A stretch of 64,000 nucleotides of DNA, from NCBI RefSeq assembly GCF_050320075.1, contig NZ_CP190018.1, one strand, 5' to 3'. The notes beneath the pieces were generated by a model, which was given only the letters and a program-made list of their open reading frames with translations, searched no databases and was not told the DNA's origin. Source of the stretch: Escherichia coli (GTDB taxonomy: Bacteria; Pseudomonadota; Gammaproteobacteria; Enterobacterales; Enterobacteriaceae). Below are positions 1-9,886 of this stretch, piece after piece. Both the position numbers and the translations under genes were made by a program. The number at the start of each line of letters is the position of its first letter. The stretch's first letter is position 1.

Positions 1-1553
1 AACGCAACAACAGCCCCTGTTTGCCTGTCAACAACCTGTGCGCTCAGGACAGCGATATCATCACTTCCATCTTCGTTAACGATGCGCACTTCACGTTCTG
101 AACCGTACACTTCACGCGCCATTGACAGCCATACTTCACCAGCGCGTTTAAGACTTTTCGCCATATTGTCCAGATAGATAAACGAAGCCATATCTGCTCT
201 GTTCATCAAGTTGTTAACCGTTTCCTGAGCAATATTACTTGGCATCTGCTGCATGGCCTGACTGCCGCCTGTAACCTCCTGAATATCTGCACTGGTTTGC
301 TGTAGTAATGCAGCCAATGCCTGATTCATAACCGCAGGCTGTGTATATCCTGCCGGGGTAGCTCCAGCGATAATGTTGCCAGATTTATCTCTCACTTCGC
401 GCAACGGCAAGAACGCTGGGCGTTTCTTGTTGCGAGCCTCCCAGTGCTTCTCAAGTCCACGAATTTGCTCCATGCCAACTATAGGGATCTGACCGGGGTC
501 TTGCGCTGCAGTATCAGCCAGCATTGAAACCTGAAGGTTGTACAAACGCTGTGGATCCATTGCTTTTGCAATGTGCCCTTCGACACGCTCAATGTCATCA
601 ATGAACCAGCGTTTTCCATAAACCGGGATGAGGGGGATATGCTCACCAGGAATACGTCGAGGTTTCTCAAGGAAACCATCACCATCCACTACGGATACAT
701 ACACACGACGGCGCTTCACTGAGCGCCTTGCCACTTCCTGAAATCCAGATATTGCCAGTTCATCTTCAATATCTTCAACCTGATCACTGTCGTATGTTGC
801 AATCTCTCCAGTGATTGGATGTCGATAACTGATGACGTCAACAGACTCTTTACGAACTTCGTAATACTTCGCTATGTAAATAACATCTGCATCAAACCAG
901 TCATATTCCCAACTGGTCATAGACGTTACATCCAGAGAAGCAGGAGGTTTCTTTCCGTATTCAGCCTCATATTTTTCAGGTGACAACGAATACATGCAGA
1001 ACGCCCACAACGCGTCAGATTTGTCGTACTTCTTAGCGTCAGGGTCAAACCACACAGAGCGCGACGGGTCGTATATTGGTTCAATAGCAATGCGCTGACG
1101 ATCGTCCATGGGGTCGTATTCATTGACCAGCATCGACGTCAAACGGAAGCAACCGAAACCACCAGTAGCAGCGTCGTCAAATGCATTATCGCAAGCCTCA
1201 CCGCCATCAGTTTCTTCGTAGTCAGCACGGAACAGACCATTTAATTTATTGGCTAACTCTTCGCTTGCCTCTCTGTCACCAGGACGAAACTTAACGGTGA
1301 TTCTATTATTGCGGTATTCTGCAATGATGCGGTTAAGTTCAGTTGCTACCTTATTGATTTCAAACTTAGGATACTTCTCGAACTGCTCATCAAGCTTAGT
1401 TCCAGCCGCCGTTGCTCCTTCCCATTGACCTCCGGGGACACGAGCAAACCTCGTAGCTTCAATGCACTTTTCGCGCACTTCCTTCTGTGGAGAATAGGCG
1501 CGGTCAAACCTGAGCATGATCCGCTCATGTTTTTTCTCTAATGTCTCTGCCAT
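1..1553 (-). CDS. Phage portal protein, P22/Sf6-type (partial; C-terminus lies beyond the left edge)
   Basis: Open frame from ATG at 1553 to the window edge with no stop (absent from ORF track because it has no in-window stop); translation begins MAETLEKKHERIMLRFD and continues with portal-like sequence; start is 2 nt after the terL stop. Confidence 0.8.
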   Translation of the reverse strand, partial: MAETLEKKHERIMLRFDRAYSPQKEVREKCIEATRFARVPGGQWEGATAAGTKLDEQFEKYPKFEINKVATELNRIIAEYRNNRITVKFRPGDREASEELANKLNGLFRADYEETDGGEACDNAFDDAATGGFGCFRLTSMLVNEYDPMDDRQRIAIEPIYDPSRSVWFDPDAKKYDKSDALWAFCMYSLSPEKYEAEYGKKPPASLDVTSMTSWEYDWFDADVIYIAKYYEVRKESVDVISYRHPITGEIATYDSDQVEDIEDELAISGFQEVARRSVKRRRVYVSVVDGDGFLEKPRRIPGEHIPLIPVYGKRWFIDDIERVEGHIAKAMDPQRLYNLQVSMLADTAAQDPGQIPIVGMEQIRGLEKHWEARNKKRPAFLPLREVRDKSGNIIAGATPAGYTQPAVMNQALAALLQQTSADIQEVTGGSQAMQQMPSNIAQETVNNLMNRADMASFIYLDNMAKSLKRAGEVWLSMAREVYGSEREVRIVNEDGSDDIAVLSAQVVDRQTGAVVA

Positions 1554-1555
1554 GT

Positions 1556-2968
1556 TTACCAACCGGAGGATGAGGGAACGTATATTTCTGTTTCTTCGCG
1601 GACCAATGCCGGGCAATGCATACACATCATCAGCGCATCAGCCAGGTTAGGAGATGGAATACCGAGCTTCTGCTTCATTTCGACCTTAGTCATTAGCTCA
1701 AGCTTCCCGTTGTTATTGAATTTGCGCTGAATCTGCGTCAGTTCTGCAAACAGCTTCTCCAGCATCTTCTCGCCTATCGCTTCTTTGTCGAAGCTCAGCA
1801 TGTCGTCGGGGTCTGCATACTCACCGTGGACAACCGCCCGATATGTCAGATACAGCCTGTCAGCCAGCGCGTAATAGAATTGCGCTCGCTTATTGCGGAA
1901 TACATCGCCAATAGTGCGAACGTTGTCGCCCTGTACGACTTCATCAGCCCATGCTCCGGCCTGATAAGGCCCATCTTCATCGAATGGCGATTCGCTGCCC
2001 TTGAACATCGTGGCGGTAATTTTCTTGCCGGAGAATGCTTCCGTTGTCTGTCTGCGTAGCCCTGCACCGACACCATCGCCATCCCACAGGTAATGGTCAG
2101 CGCCGTCTTCAATCGCCAGCGAAGTAGCCCAGTCAGCACCCTCGTTGATGTCCATCAGCAGACCTTCGGCAATGCGCTTAACCACCGAACCGTGACGCGA
2201 TGCGTAACCTTTAGCATCTGGCCCTGTATCTGATGGATCATGTGCAGAGACAACAGCGCCTTTCGCTTTCCATCCGAGTTTCTTGTGCGCATCGGTTGCG
2301 GCTTCAAGCCATTCACGTTTGATGATTGCCATATCACTTGCGCTTACTGGCTCACCAAGCCAGATGTGACGATACAGTGTCGGGTTTCTGCGTTTACACT
2401 CTTCCATCTCCAGACGGAGAACTTCAGGAAAGTGCGGGTTGTCGGTGTAGTTCACCGTCAGCAGGCAAATATCATCTGGAGGATTTATGACGAATCGCTG
2501 ATAGGTATCGTCGAGAATGTTTTTCGGGTTAAAGCTCACCCATATTTCGGAAAACGGCTTGCGGATGGTTGGTATCAGGATATCCCATGATTCCTTCGTT
2601 ACCGCTTCCGCTTCCTCCACCCAGCAAATATCAATACCTTCTAGCGATTTAATCTTCGTCGGGTTGTTTTTGATGCCGTAGAACATGAATTCAGCATTCG
2701 TTCCGAGATGACGAATCATGGAACGCTGAATTTCAAACTCAGCCGAATAGCCTTCCCGCTCTATGGTGTCTTCAAGCAACCGGATTACCGAATCGCTGAT
2801 ACTGTTTTGCAGTTCACGAGCGCAGAGAATACGCACTGGCTGCCGACGCGCCGCTTCAACAAGCAGCCTCGCAATTGCCCATGACTTACCGCTACCTCGA
2901 CCGCCTTTGGCGACTTTGTAGCGATGCGCCTCAATGAACGGTTCAAAGATAGGATTAATCGAGGTCAT
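1556..2968 (-). CDS. Terminase large subunit (headful/pac type)
   Basis: 470 aa ORF with Walker A KGGRGSGKS near the N-terminus; matches Sf6/P22-family TerL from memory; sits between terS and portal. Confidence 0.9.
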   Translation of the reverse strand: MTSINPIFEPFIEAHRYKVAKGGRGSGKSWAIARLLVEAARRQPVRILCARELQNSISDSVIRLLEDTIEREGYSAEFEIQRSMIRHLGTNAEFMFYGIKNNPTKIKSLEGIDICWVEEAEAVTKESWDILIPTIRKPFSEIWVSFNPKNILDDTYQRFVINPPDDICLLTVNYTDNPHFPEVLRLEMEECKRRNPTLYRHIWLGEPVSASDMAIIKREWLEAATDAHKKLGWKAKGAVVSAHDPSDTGPDAKGYASRHGSVVKRIAEGLLMDINEGADWATSLAIEDGADHYLWDGDGVGAGLRRQTTEAFSGKKITATMFKGSESPFDEDGPYQAGAWADEVVQGDNVRTIGDVFRNKRAQFYYALADRLYLTYRAVVHGEYADPDDMLSFDKEAIGEKMLEKLFAELTQIQRKFNNNGKLELMTKVEMKQKLGIPSPNLADALMMCMHCPALVREETEIYVPSSSGW

Positions 2969-3405
2969 TTTCCGAATAGAGTGCTCATCGGTGATGTTTC
3001 AATCTGAATTGCGCCGCCGTCTTTGCCTGTTAGCTCGTGATCAACCTTGTCGCGCCATTTATCCTTCTGTCGGTTCTTAAGCCAGAAAATGGCAGCGGTT
3101 GTATCAGGCGGGTAATACTTCTCAAGCGGAGTTTCGACAATTCTGTTTTCAATAACACGAATATCGATATCTGGAGCCACGAAGCCCATAGCGCGTTGAT
3201 AAAGACGATCACTAACTTCTGCATCAGCGACGGCCTTACCCTTTTTTATGGACTCCGAAAACTTAGGATAATCAAGCTTCCACTTGTTAATAGTTGACTC
3301 ACTGACTTCAAAGAAATCAGCAAGTTCTGCATCGGTGTAGCCCAGCAAGCACAGTTTGCGTGCCTGTTCGGCATACGCCTCTTGATACTTTGTTGGGCGC
3401 GCCAT
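2965..3405 (-). CDS. Terminase small subunit
   Basis: 146 aa ORF overlapping the terL start by 4 nt; HTH-like N-terminus; position immediately upstream of terL. Confidence 0.7.
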   Translation of the reverse strand: MARPTKYQEAYAEQARKLCLLGYTDAELADFFEVSESTINKWKLDYPKFSESIKKGKAVADAEVSDRLYQRAMGFVAPDIDIRVIENRIVETPLEKYYPPDTTAAIFWLKNRQKDKWRDKVDHELTGKDGGAIQIETSPMSTLFGK

Positions 3406-3407
3406 GT

Positions 3408-3650
3408 TTATGCTCCGGTGGTGAACAGGTCTAACGCTTCCTTCGATTTACGCACCGCTTCGATAGTGCGGGTCGTGATATCCGAATTAGCGCCGCCTGA
3501 CTGGAAGTGAATTTTGAATAGCTCAAGCTTCAGCTCGTCAGTGCCAATGAACTGAAATGCTTCTTCTGCGGCTGCGTTCTGGTTCATGACCAGCTTGTAA
3601 ATCTCTAACTGGAATTTCTGTTCTTCAGTCATGGGAATAATCTCTGCCAT
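3408..3650 (-). CDS. Hypothetical phage protein upstream of terS
   Basis: 80 aa ORF, same strand, ends 3 nt before the terS start; no recognisable motif. Confidence 0.4.
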   Translation of the reverse strand: MAEIIPMTEEQKFQLEIYKLVMNQNAAAEEAFQFIGTDELKLELFKIHFQSGGANSDITTRTIEAVRKSKEALDLFTTGA

Positions 3651-3754
3651 TATTGGCTCCGTTTATCCGTTAAAAGGGATATCAGTTAAGTTATCCCGTG
3701 CAGGGTATAAGCCATTATCAAAGCCACTCTGTAGGGAATGGATTTTGTGATGGC

Positions 3755-3779
3755 AATAAAAAACCGCCCGTAGGCGGCA
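3755..3779 (-). terminator. Intrinsic terminator-like hairpin (GCCGCC-TACG-GGCGG followed by a U-run on the minus strand)
   Basis: Perfect GC-rich stem at 3764-3778 with an A-run on the plus strand (T-run on minus) at 3755-3762. Confidence 0.4.
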
Positions 3780-3890
3780 AAATTAATGTTTCGTAATTGC
3801 GTCAGATCATTAACCATAGTTATTGTGTAGCTGCTTTGTGTCGTTGGGGTGAACGACGAAAAAGCGAACAACATAATTAATGAGGTGACT

Positions 3891-4421
3891 ATGGAAGTCG
3901 AAAAAATGCTGGTCAAGGACCGGAAGTGTGGCTCTTGCTCAGTTTGCTGTGTTTCTTTGGCAATAGATGAGCCCGAATTGAAAAAAAAGCATGCGGTACC
4001 GTGTACCTATCTCAGGCCTCAGGGTGGTTGCTCGATCTATGCTGATCGACCGTCATTGTGCAAAACATGGCACTGCGGATGGCGGATGATGCCTTTCATG
4101 GGGCCTGCGTTAAGACCAGATCGGTCCAATCTCCTAGTGCGCTTCACGGGAGAATGTTGGATTTTCGGTGATGCTGACGACCAAAGGGAATCTGCATTAA
4201 TGAATAATGATACTTTAAACGCAATGAGCGCTCTGGTCTCGCGTAATATGAAAGTTTCAGTATCAGTTCCAACTAAGCCGGGTTATTGCGACGCTGAACA
4301 TGTCATCAATGATGATATTATGGAGGCGGTAAAAGAACGGTCTTTGTCAAAAGTTAAAGAAATAATTTGGACAGTAATTTGCCGGTGCAAAGTCTCCGCG
4401 ACCAACCCGCGAAAGCAATAA
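3891..4421 (+). CDS. YkgJ-like CxxCxxCC cysteine-cluster protein (putative Zn/Fe-binding), moron on the strand opposite the late genes
   Basis: ORF 3849-4421; preferred start is ATG 3891 preceded by GAGGTG; motif CGSCSVCC plus further Cys residues; opposite orientation to the flanking late operon. Confidence 0.6.
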   Translation: MEVEKMLVKDRKCGSCSVCCVSLAIDEPELKKKHAVPCTYLRPQGGCSIYADRPSLCKTWHCGWRMMPFMGPALRPDRSNLLVRFTGECWIFGDADDQRESALMNNDTLNAMSALVSRNMKVSVSVPTKPGYCDAEHVINDDIMEAVKERSLSKVKEIIWTVICRCKVSATNPRKQ

Positions 4422-4430
4422 ATTAAGCTG

Positions 4431-4460
4431 AACGCCAAATTTATCCGAAATTTGGCGTTA
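4431..4460. terminator. Bidirectional terminator-like hairpin between convergent genes
   Basis: Perfect 12-bp inverted repeat AACGCCAAATTT / AAATTTGGCGTT directly after the stop of 3891-4421 (+) and the stop of 4458-4646 (-). Confidence 0.4.
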
Positions 4461-4646
4461 CATTAATTCAAATGTCGGCATAGCCAACCAATCATCTGGT
4501 AAGCATGTGTTTTCGACAGACTGCATTAACCGCTCATCACTTCGACATGTGAAAGTTTCTTTGTGACCGAGCGAGCCCTGTGAAGAATTAGGGCAATCCA
4601 TATCTTCACCTGTTTTTTTCACTAGAGCGTTATTAATCTCAATCAT
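4458..4646 (-). CDS. Hypothetical small Cys-containing protein (62 aa)
   Basis: ORF ends at the convergent hairpin; no recognisable family. Confidence 0.3.
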   Translation of the reverse strand: MIEINNALVKKTGEDMDCPNSSQGSLGHKETFTCRSDERLMQSVENTCLPDDWLAMPTFELM

Positions 4647-4871
4647 TGTGAGTTCCAGACCTCAGACTAATTAATTTCAACCCCACTATTGCGAGGCTAA
4701 ATCCTGGTATTTGTAATGACTGGCTCTTATCTCAACGCAGCCCCTTACCGCGCGCAAGATGCTCAATATCAAGCATCAGCAATGAGATGTTTAATCTGGA
4801 TTCACTCCAGAAGTGATCACCACCCTGTCTACAGAGCCAGATGTGAAGGATGATGAGTAAAATTATCGCTA

Positions 4872-5309
4872 TCATCGAAGGCATTGCGTCCTGATGTACT
4901 CCTGCAGGTAGTTAACCTGCGCGGTTATCCTGTCGATTCCACTTCGGAGACGGTAATAATTGAGTTCAGCATCTGCTGTAAGTCTTGGGCTTTCTCCATC
5001 GCCCATGCTGCTGGCTCCGGTCGTTGACTTTGCACAGGTGGCGGCGACTTGCAGGCGTTTACGACCAGCAGAAACATCAGCACGGAGACTTTCGATAGTC
5101 GCGTTAGCATCAGCAAGCTCCTTTGTGTATCTGGCGTCGAGTTCTGCTACATCATGTTGCCGCTTCTGCATATCAGCGATAATAGATGTGGCTTTATCGC
5201 GCTGTTCTTTATAGGTAATGGCGTTATCACGGTAATGATTAACAGCCCATGACAGGCAGACGATGATGCAGATAACCAGAGCGGAGATAATCGCGGTTAC
5301 TCTGCTCAT
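4872..5309 (-). CDS. Rz: Rz i-spanin (lysis)
   Basis: 145 aa with N-terminal TM segment; lambda Rz-like; overlaps the R stop. Confidence 0.9.
   Translation of the reverse strand: MSRVTAIISALVICIIVCLSWAVNHYRDNAITYKEQRDKATSIIADMQKRQHDVAELDARYTKELADANATIESLRADVSAGRKRLQVAATCAKSTTGASSMGDGESPRLTADAELNYYRLRSGIDRITAQVNYLQEYIRTQCLR
4925..5116 (-). CDS. Rz1: Rz1 o-spanin lipoprotein embedded in the +1 frame of Rz
   Basis: 63 aa ORF nested inside Rz; lipobox-like VVNAC followed by a Pro-rich stretch, as in lambda Rz1. Confidence 0.7.
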   Translation of the reverse strand: MLMLTRLSKVSVLMFLLVVNACKSPPPVQSQRPEPAAWAMEKAQDLQQMLNSIITVSEVESTG

Positions 5310-5782
5310 ACCTCAATCTCTCTGACCGTTCCGCCAGCCTCTTTGAATTTTGCAATCAGGCTGTCAGCCTTATGCTCGAACTGACCATAACCAGCCCCCG
5401 GCAGTGAAGCCCAGATATTGCTGCAACGGTCGATAGCCTGACGGATATCACCGCGATCAATCATCGGCAAAGCGCCACGCTCCTTAATCTGCTGCAGCGC
5501 AACAGCGTCCTGGCTTTTGGGAGAGAAGTCTTTCAGTCCAAGCTGCTTGCGGTAAGCATCCCACCAACGGGAAAGAAGCTGGTAACGTCCGGCTGCTGTT
5601 GATTTGAGTTTTGGGTTTAGCGTGACAAGTTTGCGAGGGTGATCGGAGTAATCAGTGAATAGCTCTCCTCCTACAATGACGTCATAACCATGATTTCTGG
5701 TTTTCTGACGTCCGTTATCAGTTCCCTCTGACCACGCCAGCATATCGAGGAACGCCTTACGTTGATTATTGATTTCCACCAT
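5306..5782 (-). CDS. R: Endolysin, lambda R-type lytic transglycosylase
   Basis: 158 aa, [26 protein letters not shown]..., near-identical to lambda R from memory. Confidence 0.95.
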   Translation of the reverse strand: MVEINNQRKAFLDMLAWSEGTDNGRQKTRNHGYDVIVGGELFTDYSDHPRKLVTLNPKLKSTAAGRYQLLSRWWDAYRKQLGLKDFSPKSQDAVALQQIKERGALPMIDRGDIRQAIDRCSNIWASLPGAGYGQFEHKADSLIAKFKEAGGTVREIEV

Positions 5783-6089
5783 CTTCTACTCCGGCTTTTT
5801 TAGCAGCGAAGCGTTTGAGAAGCGAACCAATCGAGTCAGTACCGATGTAGCCGATGAACACGCTCGTTATATAAGCGAGATTGCTACTTAGTCCGGCGAA
5901 GTCGAGAAGGTCACGAATGAACCAGGCGATAATGGCGCACATCGTTGCGTCGATTACTGTTTTTGTAAACGCACCGCCATTATATCTGCCGCGAAGGTAC
6001 GCCATTGCAAACGCAAGGATTGCCCCGATGCCTTGTTCCTTTGCCGCGAGAATGGCGGCTAACAGGTCATGTTTTTCTGGCATCTTCAT
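5766..6089 (-). CDS. S: Holin, lambda S-type (dual-start MKMPEK)
   Basis: 107 aa, [35 protein letters not shown]..., lambda S-like. Confidence 0.95.
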   Translation of the reverse strand: MKMPEKHDLLAAILAAKEQGIGAILAFAMAYLRGRYNGGAFTKTVIDATMCAIIAWFIRDLLDFAGLSSNLAYITSVFIGYIGTDSIGSLLKRFAAKKAGVEDGGNQ

Positions 6090-6482
6090 GTCTTACCCCC
6101 AATAAGGGGATTTGCTCTATTTAATTAGGAATAAGGTCGATTACTGATAGAACAAATCCAGGCTACTGTGTTTAGTAATCAGATTTGTTCGTGACCGATA
6201 TGCACGGGCAAAACGGCAGGAGGTTGTTAGCGCGACCTCCTGCCACCCGCTTTCACGAAGATCATGTGTAGAAGGCCGCAGCGTAACTATCACTGATGAA
6301 TTCAGGATAGCCAGTGGCTACGGCTCAGTTTTGGTTGTGCTGTTGCTGGGCGGCGATGACGCCTGTACGCATTTGGTGATCCGGTTCTGCTTCCGGCATT
6401 CGCTTAATTCAGCACAACGATAAGAGCACTCGGTGCATTTAAGCCAAGCCCCATAAGGGAGAATGCTCTTACCTGTTGCACA

Positions 6483-6550
6483 GGTATAAAAAATCCCGAA
6501 ACCGTTATGCAGGCTCTAACTATTACCTGCGAACTGTTTCGGGATTGCAT
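6483..6550 (-). terminator. tR' late terminator (lambda-type)
   Basis: Minus-strand hairpin ATCCCGAAAC...GGTTTCGGGAT followed by TTTTTTATA; matches remembered lambda tR' sequence. Confidence 0.7.
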
Positions 6551-6679
6551 TTTGCAGACCTCTCAGCCTGCGATGGTTGGAGTTCCAGACGATACGTCGA
6601 AGTGACCAACTAGGCGGAATCGGTAGTAAGCGCCGCCTCTTTTTATCTCACTACCACAACGAGCGAATTAACCCATCGT
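6487..6679 (-). ncRNA. Lambda 6S-like short late transcript (pR' to tR')
   Basis: Interval between the pR' start region and tR'; ends are approximate. Confidence 0.45.
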
Positions 6680-6686
6680 TGGGTCA

Positions 6687-6715
6687 AATTTACCCAAGTT
6701 TATTCAAAAAGTCAA
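6687..6715 (-). promoter_or_regulatory. pR' late promoter (-35 TTGACT, 17-bp spacer, -10 TAAATT) with adjacent qut region
   Basis: Minus-strand TTGACT at 6715-6710 and TAAATT at 6692-6687; sequence tracks the lambda pR'/qut region. Confidence 0.65.
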
Positions 6716-6757
6716 TATTATGCCGTTAATATGTTGCCATCCGTGGCAATCATGCTG

Positions 6758-7381
6758 CTAACGTGTGACCGTATTCAAAATGTTGTCTGCGATTGACTCT
6801 TCTTTGTGGCATTGCACCACCAGAGCGTCATACAGCGGCTTAACAGTGCGTGACCAGGTGGGTTGAGTAAGGTTTGGGATTAGCATCGTTACAGCGCGAT
6901 ATGCGGCGCTTGCTGGCATTCTTGAATAGCCGACACCTTTGCATCTTCCGCATTCTTTCTCAACAACTATCCCCCACAGCTCTGTTTTTGATATATCAAC
7001 CGCACGGCCTGTACCGTGGCAATCTCTGCATCTTGCGCCCGGCGTCGCGGCACTACGGCAATAATCCGCATAAGCGAATGTTGCGAGCACTTGCAGTACC
7101 TTTGCCTTAGTATTTCCTTCAAGCTTTGCAACGCCACGGTATTTCCCCGATACCTTGTGTGCAAACTGCATCAGATAGTTGATAGCCTTTTGTTTGTCGT
7201 TCTGGCTGAGTTCGTGCTTACCGCAAAATGCAGCCATTCCGAATCCGGCTTGTGATTGCGCCATCCCCATAGCAGCCATCACATCAGTACCGGAAAGAGA
7301 GTCAGAAGCCGTAGCCCGTGGTGAGTCACTCATCATCGGGCTTTTTGGCGAATGAAATTTAGCTACGCTTTCGAGTCTCAT
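6758..7381 (-). CDS. Q: Late antiterminator Q (lambda type)
   Basis: 207 aa, MRLESVAKFHSPKSPMMSDSPRATASDSLSGTDVMAAMGMAQSQAGFG..., lambda Q-like including zinc-finger Cys residues. Confidence 0.95.
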   Translation of the reverse strand: MRLESVAKFHSPKSPMMSDSPRATASDSLSGTDVMAAMGMAQSQAGFGMAAFCGKHELSQNDKQKAINYLMQFAHKVSGKYRGVAKLEGNTKAKVLQVLATFAYADYCRSAATPGARCRDCHGTGRAVDISKTELWGIVVEKECGRCKGVGYSRMPASAAYRAVTMLIPNLTQPTWSRTVKPLYDALVVQCHKEESIADNILNTVTR

Positions 7382-7566
7382 GGCCTTCCCCTTTTGCCCT
7401 GCTTGACCATCAGGACGCCGTTAACTATTACGTGACGCTCGCCTTTGCTGTCTCGGTTGTACTTGAGCACTGTTCCTCTTGCGCAGGAAAGCATCCTTGC
7501 CACTTCGGTCTGATTGCCTCGTGTCTGGATAAGAAGCTCTGGTATCGTTTGAATTGTGGCGTTCAT
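7378..7566 (-). CDS. ninH: NinH-like small DNA-binding protein
   Basis: 62 aa; GNQTEVARMLSCARGTVLKY resembles lambda NinH; overlaps the Q start. Confidence 0.7.
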   Translation of the reverse strand: MNATIQTIPELLIQTRGNQTEVARMLSCARGTVLKYNRDSKGERHVIVNGVLMVKQGKRGRP

Positions 7567-7925
7567 GCGTTCTCCAGTTCGGTGATTTTTATTCCAAGCC
7601 TTCCGCCTGGTACTTTCACGCCACGAATTACGCGAATGTCATCGAATTGCTCGTCGTCTTCCGCAAATCCGGCGTGGATAAGGGAGTCGAGTAAACCTTT
7701 CAGGATGTTGTCGAGGTCGCGACGGCGGGAGTCCGGAACATCTACGATGACTTTGATGCGGAGTCGTGATTTGGTGAAAATGTCTAACTTAAGTTGGCGG
7801 ATGATTTGCTGAACGTCTTTTCGGTATTTCTGGCCTTTATCGCTGATGTAGTATTGGCTTCCCCGTCTTCGCCAGTAGGTGTTCAGCGACGGCGGGTATG
7901 GAAGCACAAACTGATATTCGTTCAT
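7563..7925 (-). CDS. rusA: Holliday junction resolvase RusA
   Basis: 120 aa; MNEYQFVLPYPPSLNTYW... with acidic catalytic residues; RusA family. Confidence 0.9.
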   Translation of the reverse strand: MNEYQFVLPYPPSLNTYWRRRGSQYYISDKGQKYRKDVQQIIRQLKLDIFTKSRLRIKVIVDVPDSRRRDLDNILKGLLDSLIHAGFAEDDEQFDDIRVIRGVKVPGGRLGIKITELENA

Positions 7926-8212
7926 GACTTAATCTTCCCCTCCTTCAGCAGTATCGCCTGCGTCCTGATAACGCCTTCGAGGTGGTAAAGTCTGGTGTCT
8001 TTGTTGTCGAGGTTATGGGTGCGTCGGTCGATTTCATCGTGACACGCGCTACAAGCCCATGCGCCGATCAGGTCGTCAGGCTTCATTCCCGTTCCGCAAA
8101 TTCCAGCCATCCGGTAATGTGCCAGAACTGTAGTTTCAGGATTGCCATTGCATATGCCGTAAATACGTACCTGGCATTCTCTGCCGCGCGCTTCTTTGCG
8201 TAGATTAGCCAT
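7922..8212 (-). CDS. YbcO-like DUF1364 protein (Cys-rich, putative nuclease)
   Basis: 96 aa; ARGRECQVRIYGICNGNPETTVLAHYR...CSACHDEIDRRTH resembles DLP12 YbcO. Confidence 0.7.
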   Translation of the reverse strand: MANLRKEARGRECQVRIYGICNGNPETTVLAHYRMAGICGTGMKPDDLIGAWACSACHDEIDRRTHNLDNKDTRLYHLEGVIRTQAILLKEGKIKS

Positions 8213-8934
8213 TAAGCAGCCTCACCTGTTACTTTCAGCATTCCGTTATCGAGCAGCTTTCTGGTCAGCCACTGTTGACCACGCCCGGTGATTTTTGTGG
8301 TGAACGATATCTGTATTCCGTGATTTGTGTTGACCGCTGTTTCTTTCACTGTGAAATAGCCGCGATCCATATATTCCTGCATTGGCACATTGCGCCGGGA
8401 ACCTGAAGCAATAAGGATTTTGTGATCGCGCATCCACGCAAACAGTTTGTTTGGACCAATACCGACAACTTTTGCAAAGTTTCCAATCAAAATTCCGCTG
8501 GCCTCGCCAACGCGATCGGCAAACTCAACTTTAGGTGCGGCAATTGCGAGCTGGTTTTCCAGTTGCATTTTCTGCTCAGCAAGATCAGCAGCAAGGCGCA
8601 ACGCTTCTGGTAGCGTTTTGGGGATATTAACCGCAGCTTCTTCAAGCTCTCGCCAACGGTCAACAAGGCGAGCGGTGAACTCTGGCGACAACTGGGCAAC
8701 AACGACAATACTATCTCGCTTACCTTGTTCGCCTTCGAAGACGTAATGCTCGTACTGAACATTGAACCCTAAGTTATTGATTCTTTCGAAAACCTCAATT
8801 TGAGGAAGCCGGATAACACCATTTTTAGCCAGCGTTTCGATGGTACGCTTCACATTGTCATGACGCTTACCAACCAACTCAGCGATTTCAATGCTTGTCA
8901 TTTTGATGGCATTGCCATTTATTAACTCATTCAT
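8212..8934 (-). CDS. Phage regulatory protein Rha / antirepressor-like (KilA-C type C-terminus)
   Basis: 240 aa; N-terminal Rha-like region and C-terminal antirepressor-like domain by motif recall. Confidence 0.65.
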   Translation of the reverse strand: MNELINGNAIKMTSIEIAELVGKRHDNVKRTIETLAKNGVIRLPQIEVFERINNLGFNVQYEHYVFEGEQGKRDSIVVVAQLSPEFTARLVDRWRELEEAAVNIPKTLPEALRLAADLAEQKMQLENQLAIAAPKVEFADRVGEASGILIGNFAKVVGIGPNKLFAWMRDHKILIASGSRRNVPMQEYMDRGYFTVKETAVNTNHGIQISFTTKITGRGQQWLTRKLLDNGMLKVTGEAA

Positions 8935-9097
8935 CGTCTTCTTCCTCGTACATTGAACTATTCGGATCGCTCATCAGTTCTGCGCAGCAATCGGAGCACA
9001 CGTGAACTTCCAGCACATGCAGCTTCTGACCGCAGTTAGCGCACGTTAAAGCCCGCTCGACGCTTTCTTGTTCGTAACTTCGATTTGGGTCAATCAC
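8927..9097 (-). CDS. ninF: NinF-like small Cys-rich protein (GTG start)
   Basis: 56 aa read from the sequence ([56 protein letters not shown]); GTG overlaps the ninE stop, stop overlaps the Rha start; not in ORF track. Confidence 0.6.
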   Translation of the reverse strand: MIDPNRSYEQESVERALTCANCGQKLHVLEVHVCSDCCAELMSDPNSSMYEEEDDE

Positions 9098-9276
9098 CTT
9101 GTTTTCCTCGCACGTTCTCTAAGCCACCGGATATCCCACAGGTGAGCCGTGTAGTTGAAGGTTTTTACGTCAGATTCTTTTGGGATTGGCTTGCGTTTAT
9201 TTCTGGAGCGTTTCGTTGGAAGGTATTTGCAGTTTTCGCAGATTATGTCGGTGATGCTTCGTCGCTGTCGTCTCAT
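9094..9276 (-). CDS. ninE: NinE-like protein
   Basis: 60 aa [23 protein letters not shown]... resembling lambda NinE. Confidence 0.7.
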   Translation of the reverse strand: MRRQRRSITDIICENCKYLPTKRSRNKRKPIPKESDVKTFNYTAHLWDIRWLRERARKTR

Positions 9277-9683
9277 TCGTACCTCCTGTCGGTAAATCTG
9301 ACACCCTTACCAATAGCCCATGCTGTCGTGTACTCAATCAGACTTGCCATACGCTTCACGCTCATCTGTGCGCTGCTCTCACGAATGTTGACGTATTCGC
9401 CTTCAAGCCCGGGCAAAACATCAGCTTCCTGCTTTGTCGCCACTGCATGACCGCTTATCAACAAAACCTTCCATTGTTCTGGTTTTAACCATTTATCGCA
9501 CCATTGAACCTGACGTGCGATATCCGCCAGCATCGCGTGAAATTTTGCGTTCTGGTCAAGGTTGCGCTTGTAGTCAGTAATGCGGATGGTGACTGGCTTG
9601 TCTTTATCGAGTGGTGTTGCGAGGATGGCATTTATTGCAGCTTGCTGTTGTTGCTTAGTTCGGAGGAAGATTGTTTGCTTCAC
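9273..9683 (-). CDS. ninB: NinB recombination protein (lambda Orf family)
   Basis: 136 aa; lambda NinB-like including the [22 protein letters not shown] stretch. Confidence 0.85.
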   Translation of the reverse strand: MKQTIFLRTKQQQQAAINAILATPLDKDKPVTIRITDYKRNLDQNAKFHAMLADIARQVQWCDKWLKPEQWKVLLISGHAVATKQEADVLPGLEGEYVNIRESSAQMSVKRMASLIEYTTAWAIGKGVRFTDRRYE

Positions 9684-9694
9684 TGAATACTCCT

Positions 9695-9886
9695 TTATTT
9701 TTTATGCCTGTAACCCCATTCTTCCAGCAACCTTGCGGCGTACCACCCAAGAAACAAAGGAAAGAACATTACAATGAGATATTCCCCGCCACGGTCAATG
9801 TTCGAAATTGACCAGATTACGATGTAACCAGTGCAGGACAGGAATATTACAAACCCCAAAAAGCTACTTCGTCGACTCATGCTCAC
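9695..9886 (-). CDS. Hypothetical small membrane protein
   Basis: 63 aa, hydrophobic core, in-operon position. Confidence 0.4.
   Translation of the reverse strand: MSMSRRSSFLGFVIFLSCTGYIVIWSISNIDRGGEYLIVMFFPLFLGWYAARLLEEWGYRHKK

Noticed and set aside
1346-1528. Short minus-strand ORFs (also 479-685 and 926-1123) listed inside the first 1.5 kb
   Set aside because: They are alternative frames within the portal gene, which is itself missing from the track because it has no in-window stop.
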